Positions 34,357-47,088 of a stretch of DNA of 64,000 bases are shown here, in pieces; the first letter of the stretch is position 1, and each line of letters opens with the position of its first letter. The position numbers were made by a program, and so were the translations under genes. The stretch lies in assembly GCA_030704615.1 (NCBI GenBank), contig CM060731.1:21514001-21578000 (forward strand), written 5' to 3'. Source of the DNA: Takakia lepidozioides. Taxonomy: Eukaryota > Plantae > Bryophyta. Under the pieces are notes generated by a model. The model saw only the letters and a program-made list of their open reading frames with translations, was not told where the DNA came from and did no database searches.

Positions 34357-37300
34357 ATGTGTTTAGAATCTGACACGAGCATTAGCCAGGATGCCACAGT
34401 TTTCAGAGAACAAAGAAGGAATAGGGGGATGACACGGAGATTGGTACTGTCCCTGCTGGTCGCTACACAACCCACTTTGGTTAGCACGGCTGTGGTGACA
34501 CCCACCGGAGAACGCTCACTTGGCAATTCCCTACTTCGCAGCCTTGGTATTGGAGACGCAGACATTTACTATCCAAGGTACTATCCCTTCTCTATGAGTA
34601 TATGTGTCTTCATGGCACTTTTGTCTGAGTGGGAGTGCCATCGTAGGTACGTATTTGTTGGGTAGAGATCTTTGAACTGTCTGACTTGTTCACTGAAGAA
34701 AATGCCAAGCATAATCCTTCTGTTCAATAATTCGATAAGGTCAAGGCCATCTTCAGCTGTGCTGGAACCAAAATCGGGATGTCTAGTGTGCAGGGCAGGA
34801 AGAGGGGGAGAGAGAATTGGTAGTTGTGGTGAAAAAATGATGTTTTGCTGTGTCGTATACTATGATTTGCAGCTCCTGCAATTGTATAGAGTTTGGGCAA
34901 TCTGGAAATGGCTCCCAATGTTGCTTCCTTGTTTTGGGGCAACTTAACCACAGCCTACCAGTTTGGTCCATTCCCAGCGAGGCCTTCTGTGCTCTGCACA
35001 GGAGGGGGGGGGGGAGAGAATAAGAGAGACATGCCTGCACACTCCCCAGGCATGTATTTTTGTGATAAACAAGAGCTATAGAGCTAAAATCAAGAAACCT
35101 GCAACCGGGCTGTGTGCATGCGGACAAGAGCCTCTGTGAGTGCCTCAGTTGTGGGAAAACAAGTTTATACCTGCAGCTGAGCTGCGGGCATAAGCTAAAT
35201 CCTGGTGGGTGCAAACCTCACAAAAGGCTCTGGGAGAGTTTCTCGTGGGGTCAGTGGCCGTAACGCAATGGCAAGGTTGCAGGGAATGGCATGAAGATGT
35301 ACTCATTTTCATACGATGTCGAATGTCGCATGAAGATGTACTAGTTGATTCTCGGCTGCTTATTTAGGGCCCCACTCTCTTGTTTCATGCTCTCTCGTCC
35401 CACAAGCTCTCTCAGTTTTCCACAAACGTCATAAAGCATGTGTTCATTTCGGTTGTTTCTTTTTTTCTTTCTCCAGAAGCTAATCCATCTCGTGCTCTGT
35501 CTTCCAGATTCTTTGTAGGGACCTGGAGTTGTTACTCAACACTAATTGCTGTGGATACACCCCAGGTATACATCTTATGTATTTAATTCACGAGGGCTGT
35601 TTGCAACCAGAATTCTACCTTCCATGCTTGAGCTGTTTGCTCCAGAAAATTGCTCCTGGAAAAACTTTGTTTAATTTTCTCGTGGCCAATTCTGCGAAAT
35701 ATGACAATGAGAGTAGCTGTAGGGTGAAGACAAAGCAGATCGTAAGAGCTTGGAGTTTTCACGCAAGCAGCTTGGTTTCACAGTAAGTACATCCTGTGCT
35801 TCCTTTCGTCAAGGTTTTCATGTGCAGTTTACTTTGTGGATGACTTCTTCACATCGTTTGATAGCAGTGAGAATTGCTTGTACACTGGTGACTACTGGGG
35901 GCAAGGCTTGCAGCACGAAATAACCAAATAAAGGGTTTTTTAAATGCTTGATAATAGGCACTTGCCTAAGTATATGCTACATTTGTATTGCCCAAGAAGA
36001 GGATTCTGAACAACATGTCTATATCTCAGCTAATCGTTTTATCCTTGGTTCCTTATTATAGGTCCAAAAAGAGGTTCACTTTGTTGTGGTTCTGATTGTG
36101 ATTTGTGTTCTGATTGGAGTCTGTACCCTTCACACATACCAATGGTTGATATTTGCCAACATACAGCGAGAGGGTAGGCACTACTCCTTGATGACTGACC
36201 TCTTGGACTGCCAAGAACATCTGCCACATGAGCACCCACTAGTTATCAGACAACTTCTGGTTCTGAAACTGACATGCATTGCAAGGTTCCCATGACTGAC
36301 TGTAGACTGCTTGTCCTCCTGAAGTGAGTTTTGGGGTGAGCTCGAATGTATTGAGCAAAATTTCTTGGTGTCCATAAACTCCATGCCTGTTATTTGACTG
36401 CATTATGGAAGCTTCACAAACAGGGTGCAACTGTTTGTTATATTTGCACCATGTTGCTCCGTGGTGTCTTCTTGGCTCATTCAGTGCATGTGAGGAGGCC
36501 AACAGGTGGAATACCAGGCACGATTTATGCCCTTTCAAGCAAACGTCATTGGCGACCGGTTTTTTACCACATATGTATGCTCCAGCTCCTTTGCTCTAGT
36601 CTCCAGTCATTATATGTTTGTAGCCCAAGGTAGGTTGCATTAAGATTTTCTATTTGGTTATTGTTTGGAATTTTCTTTGGTCTGAAGGATTTGGCCCAGC
36701 AAATGTGAAACACTCTGAAGTGCACACATGTGTTGTAGTTGCTACCTTGAATGGCAATACCCTTTCAGCACGTTGGATTCAAATTGTTTTAGTATGCCAA
36801 AGGTAAGAGTAAAATGCAAGTGATGCAATAATGATTGTGATGAGAAGATTGATTGTGTCAAGTTGATAAAATTGGTTTTCTGTCCAGTCCCTGGTGGAGT
36901 CAACAGTGGGAAAGGATGTTGTACAAAGTGGAATATGGACTCCCGAAAAACCCAATCGGCTTACACTTATTCTCCGTGGTGGACTGAAGGTACTAGACCA
37001 ACCTCATCTTGACATTCCCTATTTTTCTGCATAAATATGGGGAGTGTTTTTCAGATTCAGTCATTTTTTATAATGGCTATAGTCTTAGGACAGCCATGAA
37101 ATCCTCAGGCAGCAAACGATGCATTGTCTTCCTACTATGAATGGCAAACTTATAGTCCGGCTTCCTGACGTGTTGTGTAGGTTTGTATTTTGTTAACCGA
37201 TACAGATGATAATGTGGAAAGCAGCATTTATCCTCTGCAGACTTTAGGTCAGTCACACCACTGTCTACAAGCGCCTAGTTAGTACATTGCCTGGCCCTGT

Positions 37301-38606
37301 GGGTGCTTGATACATTTGAAGATGGCGATGACTATGCTAAGTCCCAAGGTTTTGGAGGTGTGCAGGTAGAGAATCTTGTTACGAAGCGCTCATCTGAGAT
37401 AACTGGTCCTGGTCAATTTGACACCTCTGAATTCTCTAAACAGGTATGCGCTTGCCTTGTATCACCATAGCATCCTTCCTTTCCAATCGCATTTACCTTC
37501 CTCTCACCTTGATCTCGACATCAGGTACAGTCTGCCTTGCACATAATTACACGTGGGTCAGGGATTTCCTGCTCATAATAGAGCATCCTCATCATCGTCC
37601 TATCTGTAGTGCATGCATACTCTGCTGATTTCTTCCCCTTTTCTTCCTGGGTTGCTGTTGCTGGACATGTGGCACATTTCTAGGCTGACACATATAGGGA
37701 GGGGACTGGGCAAGTCATACTAAGGTGACATGGTATGAATGCAGGTTTTTGATAATAGCTCCATAAAGGATGGCCCTCCCTCTGTTAAGGTACTTTCTTC
37801 TTAGACTCATGACAGTACAAGGTGAAACTGGACATGGTGTTACCATGGCTGTTTTGCAAAGCAACTTTTGGGATGCCTTTGACAGGCAGTGGGCAATCAA
37901 ATTGCAGGCAAGCCAAAATCTGACACGTTATCGTTGGGATCCAACAGAGGACCCAGTCTCGGTGATTGAGGTATGCATGCCTTGTTCAATTCATGGATAT
38001 TGCAGTCAGCAAATTTTTATCAGCTCTTGTAATGATTATTATGTCTTCTTAGTGGTTCATTCTCAGCTTCTTCGTGACTTTTCCTGGAAGTGGTATCCCT
38101 AAAGCAAAATGGTAAATGCTGATTGAGCAGTCCTTCGAGGTAAAAAGATTTGCTGATAGTGCAATCTTTAGAGGTACAGAGGTTTGCCTGTGTAGCTGAC
38201 CACCATCCTTGTGATTGTCATCTCTTGATTTCTGTAGTGTGAAGATTTGTACCTTGTTGCATCTAGTAGTAGTATAACAGTAAGTGCTGATCTCTCTCTA
38301 GATTGATGGAACCTACAGGCATTGCCTTGAACAATTGAGAAAAAGTAGACTGCTTTCTACTAATCATCAATGTTTGTATCTGCACTTCCCATTCTTGACA
38401 ACACTTAGATCCATTGTGTACTGTGACATCTGTCTCATTCTCTACAGGCATTCCAGAGGGTGGCAATGTTTCCTCTTCCAGGGGAAGGGATGGATGTGAT
38501 GGATGTGATGGGTATGGATAAACCCATTACAGTGTACAAATACCTTGTCCGTTTTACTCGACAGACGGGGTCTTTAATTGCCCCGGGATCAGTAAGAAAA
38601 TTTTGA
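34357..38606 (+). CDS. DUF6816-like plastid/cyanobacterial-type protein, multi-exon (model incomplete)
   Basis: Exons give ..TRRLVLSLL..DIYYPR|FFVGTWSCYSTLIAVDTPQ|..|SLVESTVG..WTPEKPNRLTLILRGGLK|VENLVTKRSSE..FDTSEFSKQ|VFDNSSIKDGPPSVK|ASQNLTRYRW..|..PITVYKYLVRFTR..RKF*. GT-AG junctions are visible. Family assignment is from memory; start and some internal exons are uncertain. Confidence 0.6.
35030..35293 (+). mobile_element. Intronic copy of the LINE-related 3'-end module
   Basis: AACCTGCAACCGGGCTGT..CAGTTGTGGGAAAA..CCTGCAGCTGAG..GGCCGTAA..GGCAAG..GCAGGGAATGGCA is shared with 9375-9555 and 10790-10970. Confidence 0.65.
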
Positions 38607-40706
38607 TTATGCTCAGATCGCCTCTGTCATGCGGGGTCCTCGAACTGAATTACATTATTTGCTTCCCCGTCTGCCCATTTCCAGTTTGAGGGGGTTTGTC
38701 AGTGCAATGATGTCAATGTAAGACGGTCAAAAGTCTGTTAGCTTCGTTGCACTTCATGTTGAACCCTGTGTGGCCTGCTCCCATTGGTCGCAGATACAAG
38801 GACATCAATCCAAAGAGTTTCAGTAATAAAGGAAAAATCCTGGCCTGAGTTATCAACTTGCCACCTTCAGGCTCAGTGAGACAAAAATTGAAGGCGAAAG
38901 AAAACAAGCCAAGGGAAAAGGAATGCAAATTCAACAACACTCGTGAAGATCTTGTGGAGGCCTACTAGGGATCCGCTAGTGCCGGGGTTTGAAAGCTCCC
39001 ATTTTATCTACTTTTTCGGTCCCCATTAAGTTTCAGATTTTCCACCTTGCACGGCTCTCAACATGACAGGTACTTTGGTTTGAGTTGAACCCGCGGTTGT
39101 GCATCTCATTCCCAGCTGCGTTATGAAATATAAACAAGCCTAAAATGACGATGGGCTCTCCTGCTGTGGCAAAACATCAGAGGAAGGTGAGAGTAAGGGG
39201 CATGACTCAGCACAACACTCCAATTGAAGCCCTGAGAAGGTATAAGGTCCTTTGACCACATTTTCTCCATTGACTTGTACATGATGCAAAGTCTCTCTCC
39301 AAGAGAGCCAACAAACACCACAAGCCAAAAAGAAACATGTAATGAAATTAAACTAACAATTTTTTTCTAAGGGTCAAGGTACAAAGGAGAGAGACTGGCT
39401 GCAGCCAATGGTGAGCTCCCAATGGGGTCGGATTAGAGGTTTTCTTTTGTTAGCAAGTGTCAATATGGAACTTGCAATAACCGCCTGCCTTTGGGTCCCA
39501 AGTCTCTTTCAGAGTGTCTGCTTTGCGAGCATGCAGAGAGGGGCAGGGAGTCTGGTATCGCATCAGCAATTTCCAGGGAAGTATGATCATACGTTCCGTG
39601 TTTGGGATCCATATACCCCGACGGAGTCCTATTGGCAAACACGTCATCCCCCAGGTGAGCACTCACCTTCCCCCCTGCTCAGAGTCAGCGACAGAAGATA
39701 TGGAAGTTCACAAGCACAGCTGCAATCTCAATTGAGAGTCATGCTCACCTGTGCCTTGCTTGGGAGCCAGCCACCGCAACATAAGAGATTGGCAAGCGGA
39801 TCAGCAATCTCCAGAGAGAGCCATGGTCAGCTGTTCACTCGGTCTGCGCAATGCAGGCTTGAAAGTATCTTTCACCTACAGCGGAAGAAATACCCATTTG
39901 GGTGGAACACCGGATGCTCAAACAAAGGCCGTAGAAAAACGTGAGCATGACCGAAACTTGTATCGTAACCCATCAGCGTTTTCAAGATTTTCTGCACCAT
40001 CTGCGTCTCCGTTTGATCCATATGTGTCTGCATGTCTGTCCCTGAAACACAGAGAAACTAGGAAAGCTGACAAGGATCTTATTCTGTCCCATTGTCTGGC
40101 ACGCAGGCCAATCAACGATATTCTGGCAGGAGTTCCTCTCAGATGGGATGAGAGGTTTGTGAAGGTGAGGCTGTAATATTCACTCACGATCTGAAAGGCT
40201 TTGATTTGAAAGATGCTTGGCACTTTAGGTGGTCGTAGTTTGGTCTACACATGACAGTGAGGATCACATTGGGTTTGCTTGAAACTGTGGCTGCTGATCT
40301 GCCTTCGACTGGTGGGTTTAACAGAAAAGGCGAACATATTTGGAGTTCAACCGTAGTGTTATAAAGGAGGCCCTATGTGTAGGGTAAAGCCTCAGCACAG
40401 GCCATTACCTGGTTCGAGACTAGGTCGAGGGCGCACTACAACTACACATTAAAAAATGATGAGGTTCTTTAGGGATGGAGAGTGGATCGAAGAACCCTTG
40501 GGTGAGAGCACAGCTAAGAGCTATGACACAGGTTGGAGAACAATGTCGTGAAGGTTCTAGGGACGATATGCAGCATGTACCTCCCGACCAAGCATACACC
40601 GGGTATTATCTCGTGGATTATGATTACAACGGTTTAAAATTGCCACAGTTGGATTTGAAAGTAGATGACTCAGTGACGTGCTGCAGCTCTTGAGAAGTCT
40701 GTCCTG

Positions 40707-43649
40707 ATGAGAAGACCTTTCTTTGAATTTCTACAAGCTGTGACACGTTTTGAACCTAAATTTGTAACCAGGAGTCTGGAGTCTCGCAGGATGGCAGGGT
40801 TACATGAGGGACCATTGTTTGTTGTACATCCAAATGGTAGCTATGGTAGCTGGGGTAGCACCTCCACCCTCACCAAACCCTTTAAAAGAGGGCCAGGAGA
40901 GGAGATCAACAAGATTACGTCTGGCCAAGGTGCGGATGTGAGGACACTATGTAAGGAGGGGAAAGTGAAAGAGGCTCTGCGCATTTTGAACCAACAAGGC
41001 TCTGGGGTAAACTCCAACATGTATGTCTGTCTCTTGGAGGGGTGCATCAACATGAAAGCGCTGGCAGTGGGAAAGCAGGTGCATGACCACCTAATTCAAA
41101 ATGAATTCAAGCCTGATGTCTTTGTAAGTAACACCCTTATCAAAATGTATGCCAAGTGTGGGAGCATGGTCGACGCACGGCAAGTGTTTGAGAATATGCC
41201 TCAACGAGATATATTCACATGGACTATGATCCTGGCAGGATATACTAAGCATGGGCTTGCAGAGGAGGCTTTCAAAATCTATGAAAAGATGTACTGGGAA
41301 GGGGTTATGCCTGACAGAGTCACATTCATTTCGGCTCTGAGTGCCTGTGCGAGCCTAGGATCCCTGGAAAAGGGCAAGCGAGTTTATGCCGACATCATCA
41401 AAGCTGGAATTAGATCATGCATTAAACTGGAAAATAGTCTTATTGATGCATATGCCAAATGTGGGAGTGTGGATGATGCACGGCAGGTGTTCGACAAAAT
41501 GGCCAAACGAGATGTGGTCTCATGCAATGCAATGATCACAGGATATGCTCAACATGGACATGGTGAAGAGGCTCTGAAAATCTACGAGAATATGAAACGG
41601 GCTGGGATCATGCCTGACAAGGTCACATTCATTTGTGTTCTGAATGCATGTGCCACTCTACGAGCCTTTGATAAAGGCAAGCAGATCCATACTGAATTCA
41701 TCAAATCCTCACTTAAGCCATTTATTAATTTGGAGAATACCCTTGTTGACATGTATGCAAAATGTGGGAGCTTACAGAGTGCGCGTCAAGTGTTCAACAA
41801 TATGGCTACACGAAATGTGGTCTCATGGAATGCAATGATCGGAGGATATGCTCAGGATGGGCATGGTGACGAGGCACTCAAATTGTATGAGCAAATGCGA
41901 CAGGAAGGTGTGATCCCCGACAGGGTCACTTTCATTTGCATTCTCAATGCGTGTGCCTGCCTCAAACTTCTGGAAGAGGGCAAGCTGGTCCATGCTCACA
42001 TTGTCAAAGCAGGGATCGGATCATATATAAATTTAGAGAATAGCATTGTTGACATGTATGCCAAATGTGGTAGTTTAAAAGAGGCCCGTCGAGTTTTCAG
42101 CAAAATGGTTAAGCGAGATGTAGTATCATGGAGTGCGATGATCGCAGGATATGCTCAGTATGGACATGGTGAAGAGGCTCTCCAATTCTATGAGCAAATG
42201 CAGCAGGAAGGTGTGAGGCCCAATGGGGTCACATTCATGTGTGCTCTAAATGCGTGTGCAAACCTAAGATCCCTGGAAAAGGGCAAGCAAGTCCATGCTG
42301 ACATAAAAGAAGCTGGAATTGCATCATATGTCTGCTTGGAGAATACCTTGGTTGATATGTATGCCAAATGCGGGAGTCTAATGCATGCGCGGCAAGTGTT
42401 TGATAAAATTGCTAAAAGGAATGTGGTATCCTGGACTGCCATGATATCAGGATATGTTCAGCATCTGCAAGGTGAAGAAGCTCTCAACGCCTATGAGCAA
42501 ATGCAAGTCGAGGGGATAATGCCCGATAGGGTCACTTTCATGTGTGTTCTCAATGCATGTGCTAGCCTTGGAGCCCTGGAAAAGGGCAAGCATGTCCATG
42601 TGGACATCATCAAAGCGGGGATAGCACCAAATATTGGTTTGGAAACAACCCTTGTTGACATGTATGCCAAATGTGGGAGCGTTAAGGATGCACGTGAAGT
42701 TTTTGACAATATGCCTACCCAGACTGTGGTCTCATGGAATGTGATGATTGCAGGACATGCTCAACATGGGTGTGGTAAGGATGCCCTCCGACTATTTGAA
42801 CAAATGCAGCAGGAAGGCTTGAAGCCGGATGGGGTCACATTCATTTCTGTTATCTCTGCTTGCAGCCATGTCGGCTTAGTAGATGAAGGCAGTCGCTTTT
42901 TCAACTCCATGACTCGAGATCATGGAGTCACACCTACACTCGAGCATTTTGGCTGCATGGTGGACCTTCTTGGTCGTGCAGGACGATTGGATGAGGCAGA
43001 GGATTTCATTAGTAAAATGCCAATTGAACCAGGTGCTTCAGTGTGGAGGACCTTGCTTGGCGCCTGCAGAATTCACGGGGATCTCAAGGTAGCAGAACGT
43101 GCTGCAATGTGCATTCTGAAGAAGGACCCACAGCACGGTGCAGCTTATGTGCTGTTATCGAACATCTATGCTGCAGCTGGCAGGTGGGATGACAAAGCAA
43201 AGGTGAGAAAAATGATGGAAGAGAGAGGTGTCAGGAAGGAGCCAGGGCGCAGCTGCATTTTCATCAACAACCGGGTGCATGCATTTACTGTAGAAGACAG
43301 ATCACATCCGCAAATTGAGCAAATCCATGCTGAGTTGAAGAGTTTGTTTCTGCAAATGAAGGAGGTTGGGTATGTGCCTGACACGCACTTTGTATTGCAT
43401 GATGTGGAGGAGGAGCAAAAGGAATTTTCTCTTGGCCACCACAGTGAGAGGCTGGCCATGGCTTTTGGGCTCATCAGCACACCCCCTGGGACACCGGTCC
43501 ACATCATCAAGAACCTTCGGGTGTGTGGGGACTGCCACACTGCTACCAAGTTCATCTCGAAGATTGTTGGGCGAGAGATTGTAGTACGGGATGCCAACCG
43601 CTTTCACCACTTTGAAGATGGTGCTTGTTCTTGTGGGGATTATTGGTGA
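40707..43649 (+). CDS. PLS-class pentatricopeptide repeat protein with E/E+/DYW deaminase domain (C-to-U organellar RNA-editing factor)
   Basis: Intronless 980-aa ORF with repeated P-L-S triplets ([25 protein letters not shown]), PG box [19 protein letters not shown] and terminal SCGDYW. Confidence 0.97.
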   Translation: MRRPFFEFLQAVTRFEPKFVTRSLESRRMAGLHEGPLFVVHPNGSYGSWGSTSTLTKPFKRGPGEEINKITSGQGADVRTLCKEGKVKEALRILNQQGSGVNSNMYVCLLEGCINMKALAVGKQVHDHLIQNEFKPDVFVSNTLIKMYAKCGSMVDARQVFENMPQRDIFTWTMILAGYTKHGLAEEAFKIYEKMYWEGVMPDRVTFISALSACASLGSLEKGKRVYADIIKAGIRSCIKLENSLIDAYAKCGSVDDARQVFDKMAKRDVVSCNAMITGYAQHGHGEEALKIYENMKRAGIMPDKVTFICVLNACATLRAFDKGKQIHTEFIKSSLKPFINLENTLVDMYAKCGSLQSARQVFNNMATRNVVSWNAMIGGYAQDGHGDEALKLYEQMRQEGVIPDRVTFICILNACACLKLLEEGKLVHAHIVKAGIGSYINLENSIVDMYAKCGSLKEARRVFSKMVKRDVVSWSAMIAGYAQYGHGEEALQFYEQMQQEGVRPNGVTFMCALNACANLRSLEKGKQVHADIKEAGIASYVCLENTLVDMYAKCGSLMHARQVFDKIAKRNVVSWTAMISGYVQHLQGEEALNAYEQMQVEGIMPDRVTFMCVLNACASLGALEKGKHVHVDIIKAGIAPNIGLETTLVDMYAKCGSVKDAREVFDNMPTQTVVSWNVMIAGHAQHGCGKDALRLFEQMQQEGLKPDGVTFISVISACSHVGLVDEGSRFFNSMTRDHGVTPTLEHFGCMVDLLGRAGRLDEAEDFISKMPIEPGASVWRTLLGACRIHGDLKVAERAAMCILKKDPQHGAAYVLLSNIYAAAGRWDDKAKVRKMMEERGVRKEPGRSCIFINNRVHAFTVEDRSHPQIEQIHAELKSLFLQMKEVGYVPDTHFVLHDVEEEQKEFSLGHHSERLAMAFGLISTPPGTPVHIIKNLRVCGDCHTATKFISKIVGREIVVRDANRFHHFEDGACSCGDYW

Positions 43650-44972
43650 AACAAGCAACATCCTTACAGGTGAAGACAGTCTGCAGCAAGTCCATTTTTT
43701 GTTGTCTTTATGGATACAACTGGTGTCATTAAAGTCAAAGATTAGTACCTCACTTTGGTGAAGCCGAGTCCCATCAAATCTGCATGTGTTGAGGTGAAAT
43801 TTTTCTTACATATTCTTGACTTGATTACAAACTAGAATCCACTCCATGTTATTTGGAAAACATTTCTGCGGTTTACTTTGCCATATAACATTTGAGCGAG
43901 ACAATCTATATTGATTTCGCCATTAGCCCAAGATCAAACTTTATAATATCGAAAAACCATGGTTTCCTGTTTGTTTTTTTGCATATGCTGAAAGCAAGTG
44001 GGCATCCAACACTACAGTGGTGTATGAAAGTGTCCAACTGTTTAGGCATGAGTAACTCAATTTTCAGACATGCCTAACTTAATTCAGACTTCTACAAAGC
44101 CTGATTTTCTACATTACTAAGACTAAAGACATTATGCTTGATTATACATGCTAACCCTTGGCCTCTATCTGACACAAAATCTTCCAAAAAGTCTCCCTGC
44201 AGCTGACTCAAGAAATCACACTTGACAAAAATGCTAACCTTGCCTCTACACAAAATCTTCTAGAAATCTACTCATCGCGGTACACACTTTTGGCATGGCT
44301 TCTCAACTTGGTAAGATATGCTCAAGACAAGATCAGTGGCTGGTTGCATGAATTACAAGCTTGCAGTACTAGAGAAGTCATCCTAATCAAATTAAGCACT
44401 TCCTCTTGATTACGCCTACACCACCAGCATACGAAAGATACGTAGTGTGGCTATATATTGGTGGGATCAATGGAAGTTTCACATTTACAGGATTTATATT
44501 GGACAATCCTGTAGGCCAGGACATCCAATGTTAGAATTGGATGCTCCCACAATTAGCATTAAAAACATAGGAACATACAATCCATGGCTAGCTAGCTGGG
44601 GTCAGAAGGTAGACATTTCCAATTGATGGCCTTAAATTGGGCTCATGAATTTCTTCCAAATGATGTCACAAGTGTACATGGGAAAGTGAATAAATAAGCA
44701 TACAGGTCAAAAATCAATCTCCAACTCAATGGGTCAAGCTTTCTAAATGGTACCTAAACCTATCAGCTTCGGAATAAAAGCTTGACCGTTGCCAGCCGGC
44801 AGAACGTTGCCACTAGATCTTTAAAGTGGCCCTCCCGGGGCATCCTGGATTAGAGGCCCATGGTGCCTATAGCACTCGAAGAATGTACAGGTCATACTTG
44901 CAATCCTAACGGTGAACACTAGCTAGCACATCATGGCCGTTTATAATCTTGACCAGTGCTTTGAGCCCTCCT

Positions 44973-45611
44973 TCAAGAGGAATGGCCTCCAATTTGTAGA
45001 GAAGTCTTTTTCAATTTTCCGTGCAAGAATTGCTCAAAGAGATCAGGGTCGCAAGAGATGCGCACACCCCCCTCATTCTCGTATCCGTATTCCTCCTCGG
45101 TCTTTGCAAGCAACTCACCAAACAGTTTATGCTTCAGGAGCATAATGGGGATCACATATCGACGCCTCTCTCTGCCCACGTAAACCGCCACGCAACCCCT
45201 TGGCACCCCCGGTGGGTGTGAAACAAATTTTGTCACAGATTTGAGATGGTCAGTACCAGACTCCAACGACAGTCTATGGGACTGGTGGGTGGCCAAACCG
45301 TTAGTCTTTCCAAGTTCCCTGCCCAGTAAACGCTTCTTGGTCTTAGACGACCTCTGGAGACACGTCGAAATCAGCAAACTTGACCGATCGGATTGGGTGT
45401 CGAGAGATGCTTCGGACTGGAAGGAGGCCAAACTTGGAGGCTTAAAGCCTATGGCCTGTAAATGATGCTTCACATAGCTGGCCACTTTATTTGGTATCTT
45501 CGTCTTGGACACCAGCTTCTGACTCTTGGATGTCGACATCAACGGAGTGCGATCGGAGCTCGAATATTGTACTGCGTCCATACAAGGAAAAGAGAGTGTA
45601 CTTGCCAACAT
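44973..45611 (-). CDS. SAUR-family (small auxin-up RNA) protein with long N-terminal extension
   Basis: VPRGCVAVYVGRERRRYVIP..LFGELLAKTEEEYGY..GGVRISCD..LFE. Intronless. TATA-like TATATAA on the minus strand at ~45807-45813. Start codon uncertain. Confidence 0.85.
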   Translation of the reverse strand: MLASTLSFPCMDAVQYSSSDRTPLMSTSKSQKLVSKTKIPNKVASYVKHHLQAIGFKPPSLASFQSEASLDTQSDRSSLLISTCLQRSSKTKKRLLGRELGKTNGLATHQSHRLSLESGTDHLKSVTKFVSHPPGVPRGCVAVYVGRERRRYVIPIMLLKHKLFGELLAKTEEEYGYENEGGVRISCDPDLFEQFLHGKLKKTSLQIGGHSS

Positions 45612-46314
45612 ATTGTGGAGCAGTGACGATCAGCTCTAGAGAGTACGAAACTGATGCGGTGAAGATCAGAGAGGAAATGAAATGATACAAAACTTTATAT
45701 CATCCGCAGAATGCTCAAAGAGCTCAAAGAGAGAGTCCGACAGTGAGACAGTGAAGGTCAGACAGACAGGAGAGAGACACGCAAAGCGAGCGGGGTTGGC
45801 GGGGCTTATATAGCTCCAGGCTAAAAGTTAGTTACACCCTAACTTTTATCCTTGTTTAGATCCCCAGAAATGTTTAAATTTAACATTTTTACCCCTAAAG
45901 GACCCAGCGACCCATTTTGGGCCTCTACGTGTCATTCAATCTGCCACCTTGCCACATTTCATTTATCTTGAAATGGCGTTAGCAAAAGCTCAAGGGTACC
46001 TTTTTATTAATTAATTTATTTATTTATTTCTTAGGGCACCTTGTCAATGACCACCGTAAGCCACTTCGGTAGCTGCACACACTATTCATTATTTGTAACA
46101 TACAAAGCCTATATCCGTGCCTCTATCTCTTTAAACAAAAAGAAACAAAAAAAGTAAAGCTAAAAAAACAAGGAAAAGTAGAGTGGCTAACTTTTTAGCC
46201 AGGGCTATATAACCCCGCTTTTCACTTCGCTTTCATACTCTCTTGAAAATTTACCTGAGTCTTCAGAGGTCGTACGGATTTTCAATTCTCGAGTCCTGAT
46301 TTGTCTTCATACAG

Positions 46315-46540
46315 ACTTAGCTTGATTCATATCATCAATTCTCGAGGATTAGTCTTCAGACAGATCACTTAGCTTGATTCATATCATCAATTCTCGAGGA
46401 TTAGTCCTCAGACAGATCACTTAGCTTGATTCATATCATCAATTCTCGAGGATTAGTCTTCAGACAGATCACTTAGCTTGATTCATATCATCAATTCTCG
46501 AGGATTAGTCTTCAGACAGATCACTTAGCTTGATTCATAT
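46315..46540. repeat. 52-bp minisatellite, ~4.3 copies, between the TATA box and CDS of SAUR copy 2
   Basis: Unit ACTTAGCTTGATTCATATCATCAATTCTCGAGGATTAGTCTTCAGACAGATC starts at 46315, 46367, 46419, 46471 and (partial) 46523; nearly identical. Confidence 0.95.
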
Positions 46541-46561
46541 TAGGTATCAACTCCTTATCAA

Positions 46562-46939
46562 ATGGCAGGAAATTGTATAGGGTACTTCGCTATGTCGGCA
46601 CCCTGGTTCATTGTTTCGCACCCACCGGCCGGGGTCAGCTCGATGCGAAACCGGATCAAATCTGTGACAAAATCTCATGCTTCTCACCCACCAAGGGTGC
46701 CAAGGGGCTGCGTGGCGGTCTACGTGGGCACAGCGAGGCGCCGATTTGTGATCCCAATTATTCTCCTGAGGCTTAAACTGTTTCTCTTTCGTGGGGGTGT
46801 GCACATATCTTGTGACCCTGATCTTTTTGAGCAATACTTGCAAGACCAATTGAGGGAGACTTCTCTACAAGTTGGATGCCATTCTAATGCGGGCGCTGTT
46901 TGTGGCATGGAAGGAGGGCTCGAAGCACTGGTATTATAA
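46562..46939 (+). pseudogene. SAUR paralogue with in-frame deletion of the central LL..AEEEYG helix (probable pseudogene or altered protein)
   Basis: VPRGCVAVYVGTARRRFVIPIILLRLKLFLFRGGVHISCDPDLFEQ lacks the GELLAKTEEEYGYENE segment found in the other two copies. Confidence 0.7.
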
Positions 46940-47088
46940 GCGGTCATGATGTGCTCGTCTCAGTCTACTAGTACTCGCCTGAGAAGTATGACCTGTACAT
47001 TCTACCTCACATTTAGGCCACAAAGGGCCCCTAACAAAGGATGCCCGGGAGGGTCGTTTTAGACCTGTACATACTCCATGATCTGTAA

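Noticed and set aside
39408-40693. ORFs upstream of the PPR gene
   Set aside because: No motifs recognised; could be 5' UTR/intron or decayed TE, and cannot be linked in frame to the PPR.
46315-46540. Regular repeat array resembling CRISPR
   Set aside because: Units are contiguous 52-bp copies with no unique spacers, the context is eukaryotic and there are no cas genes.
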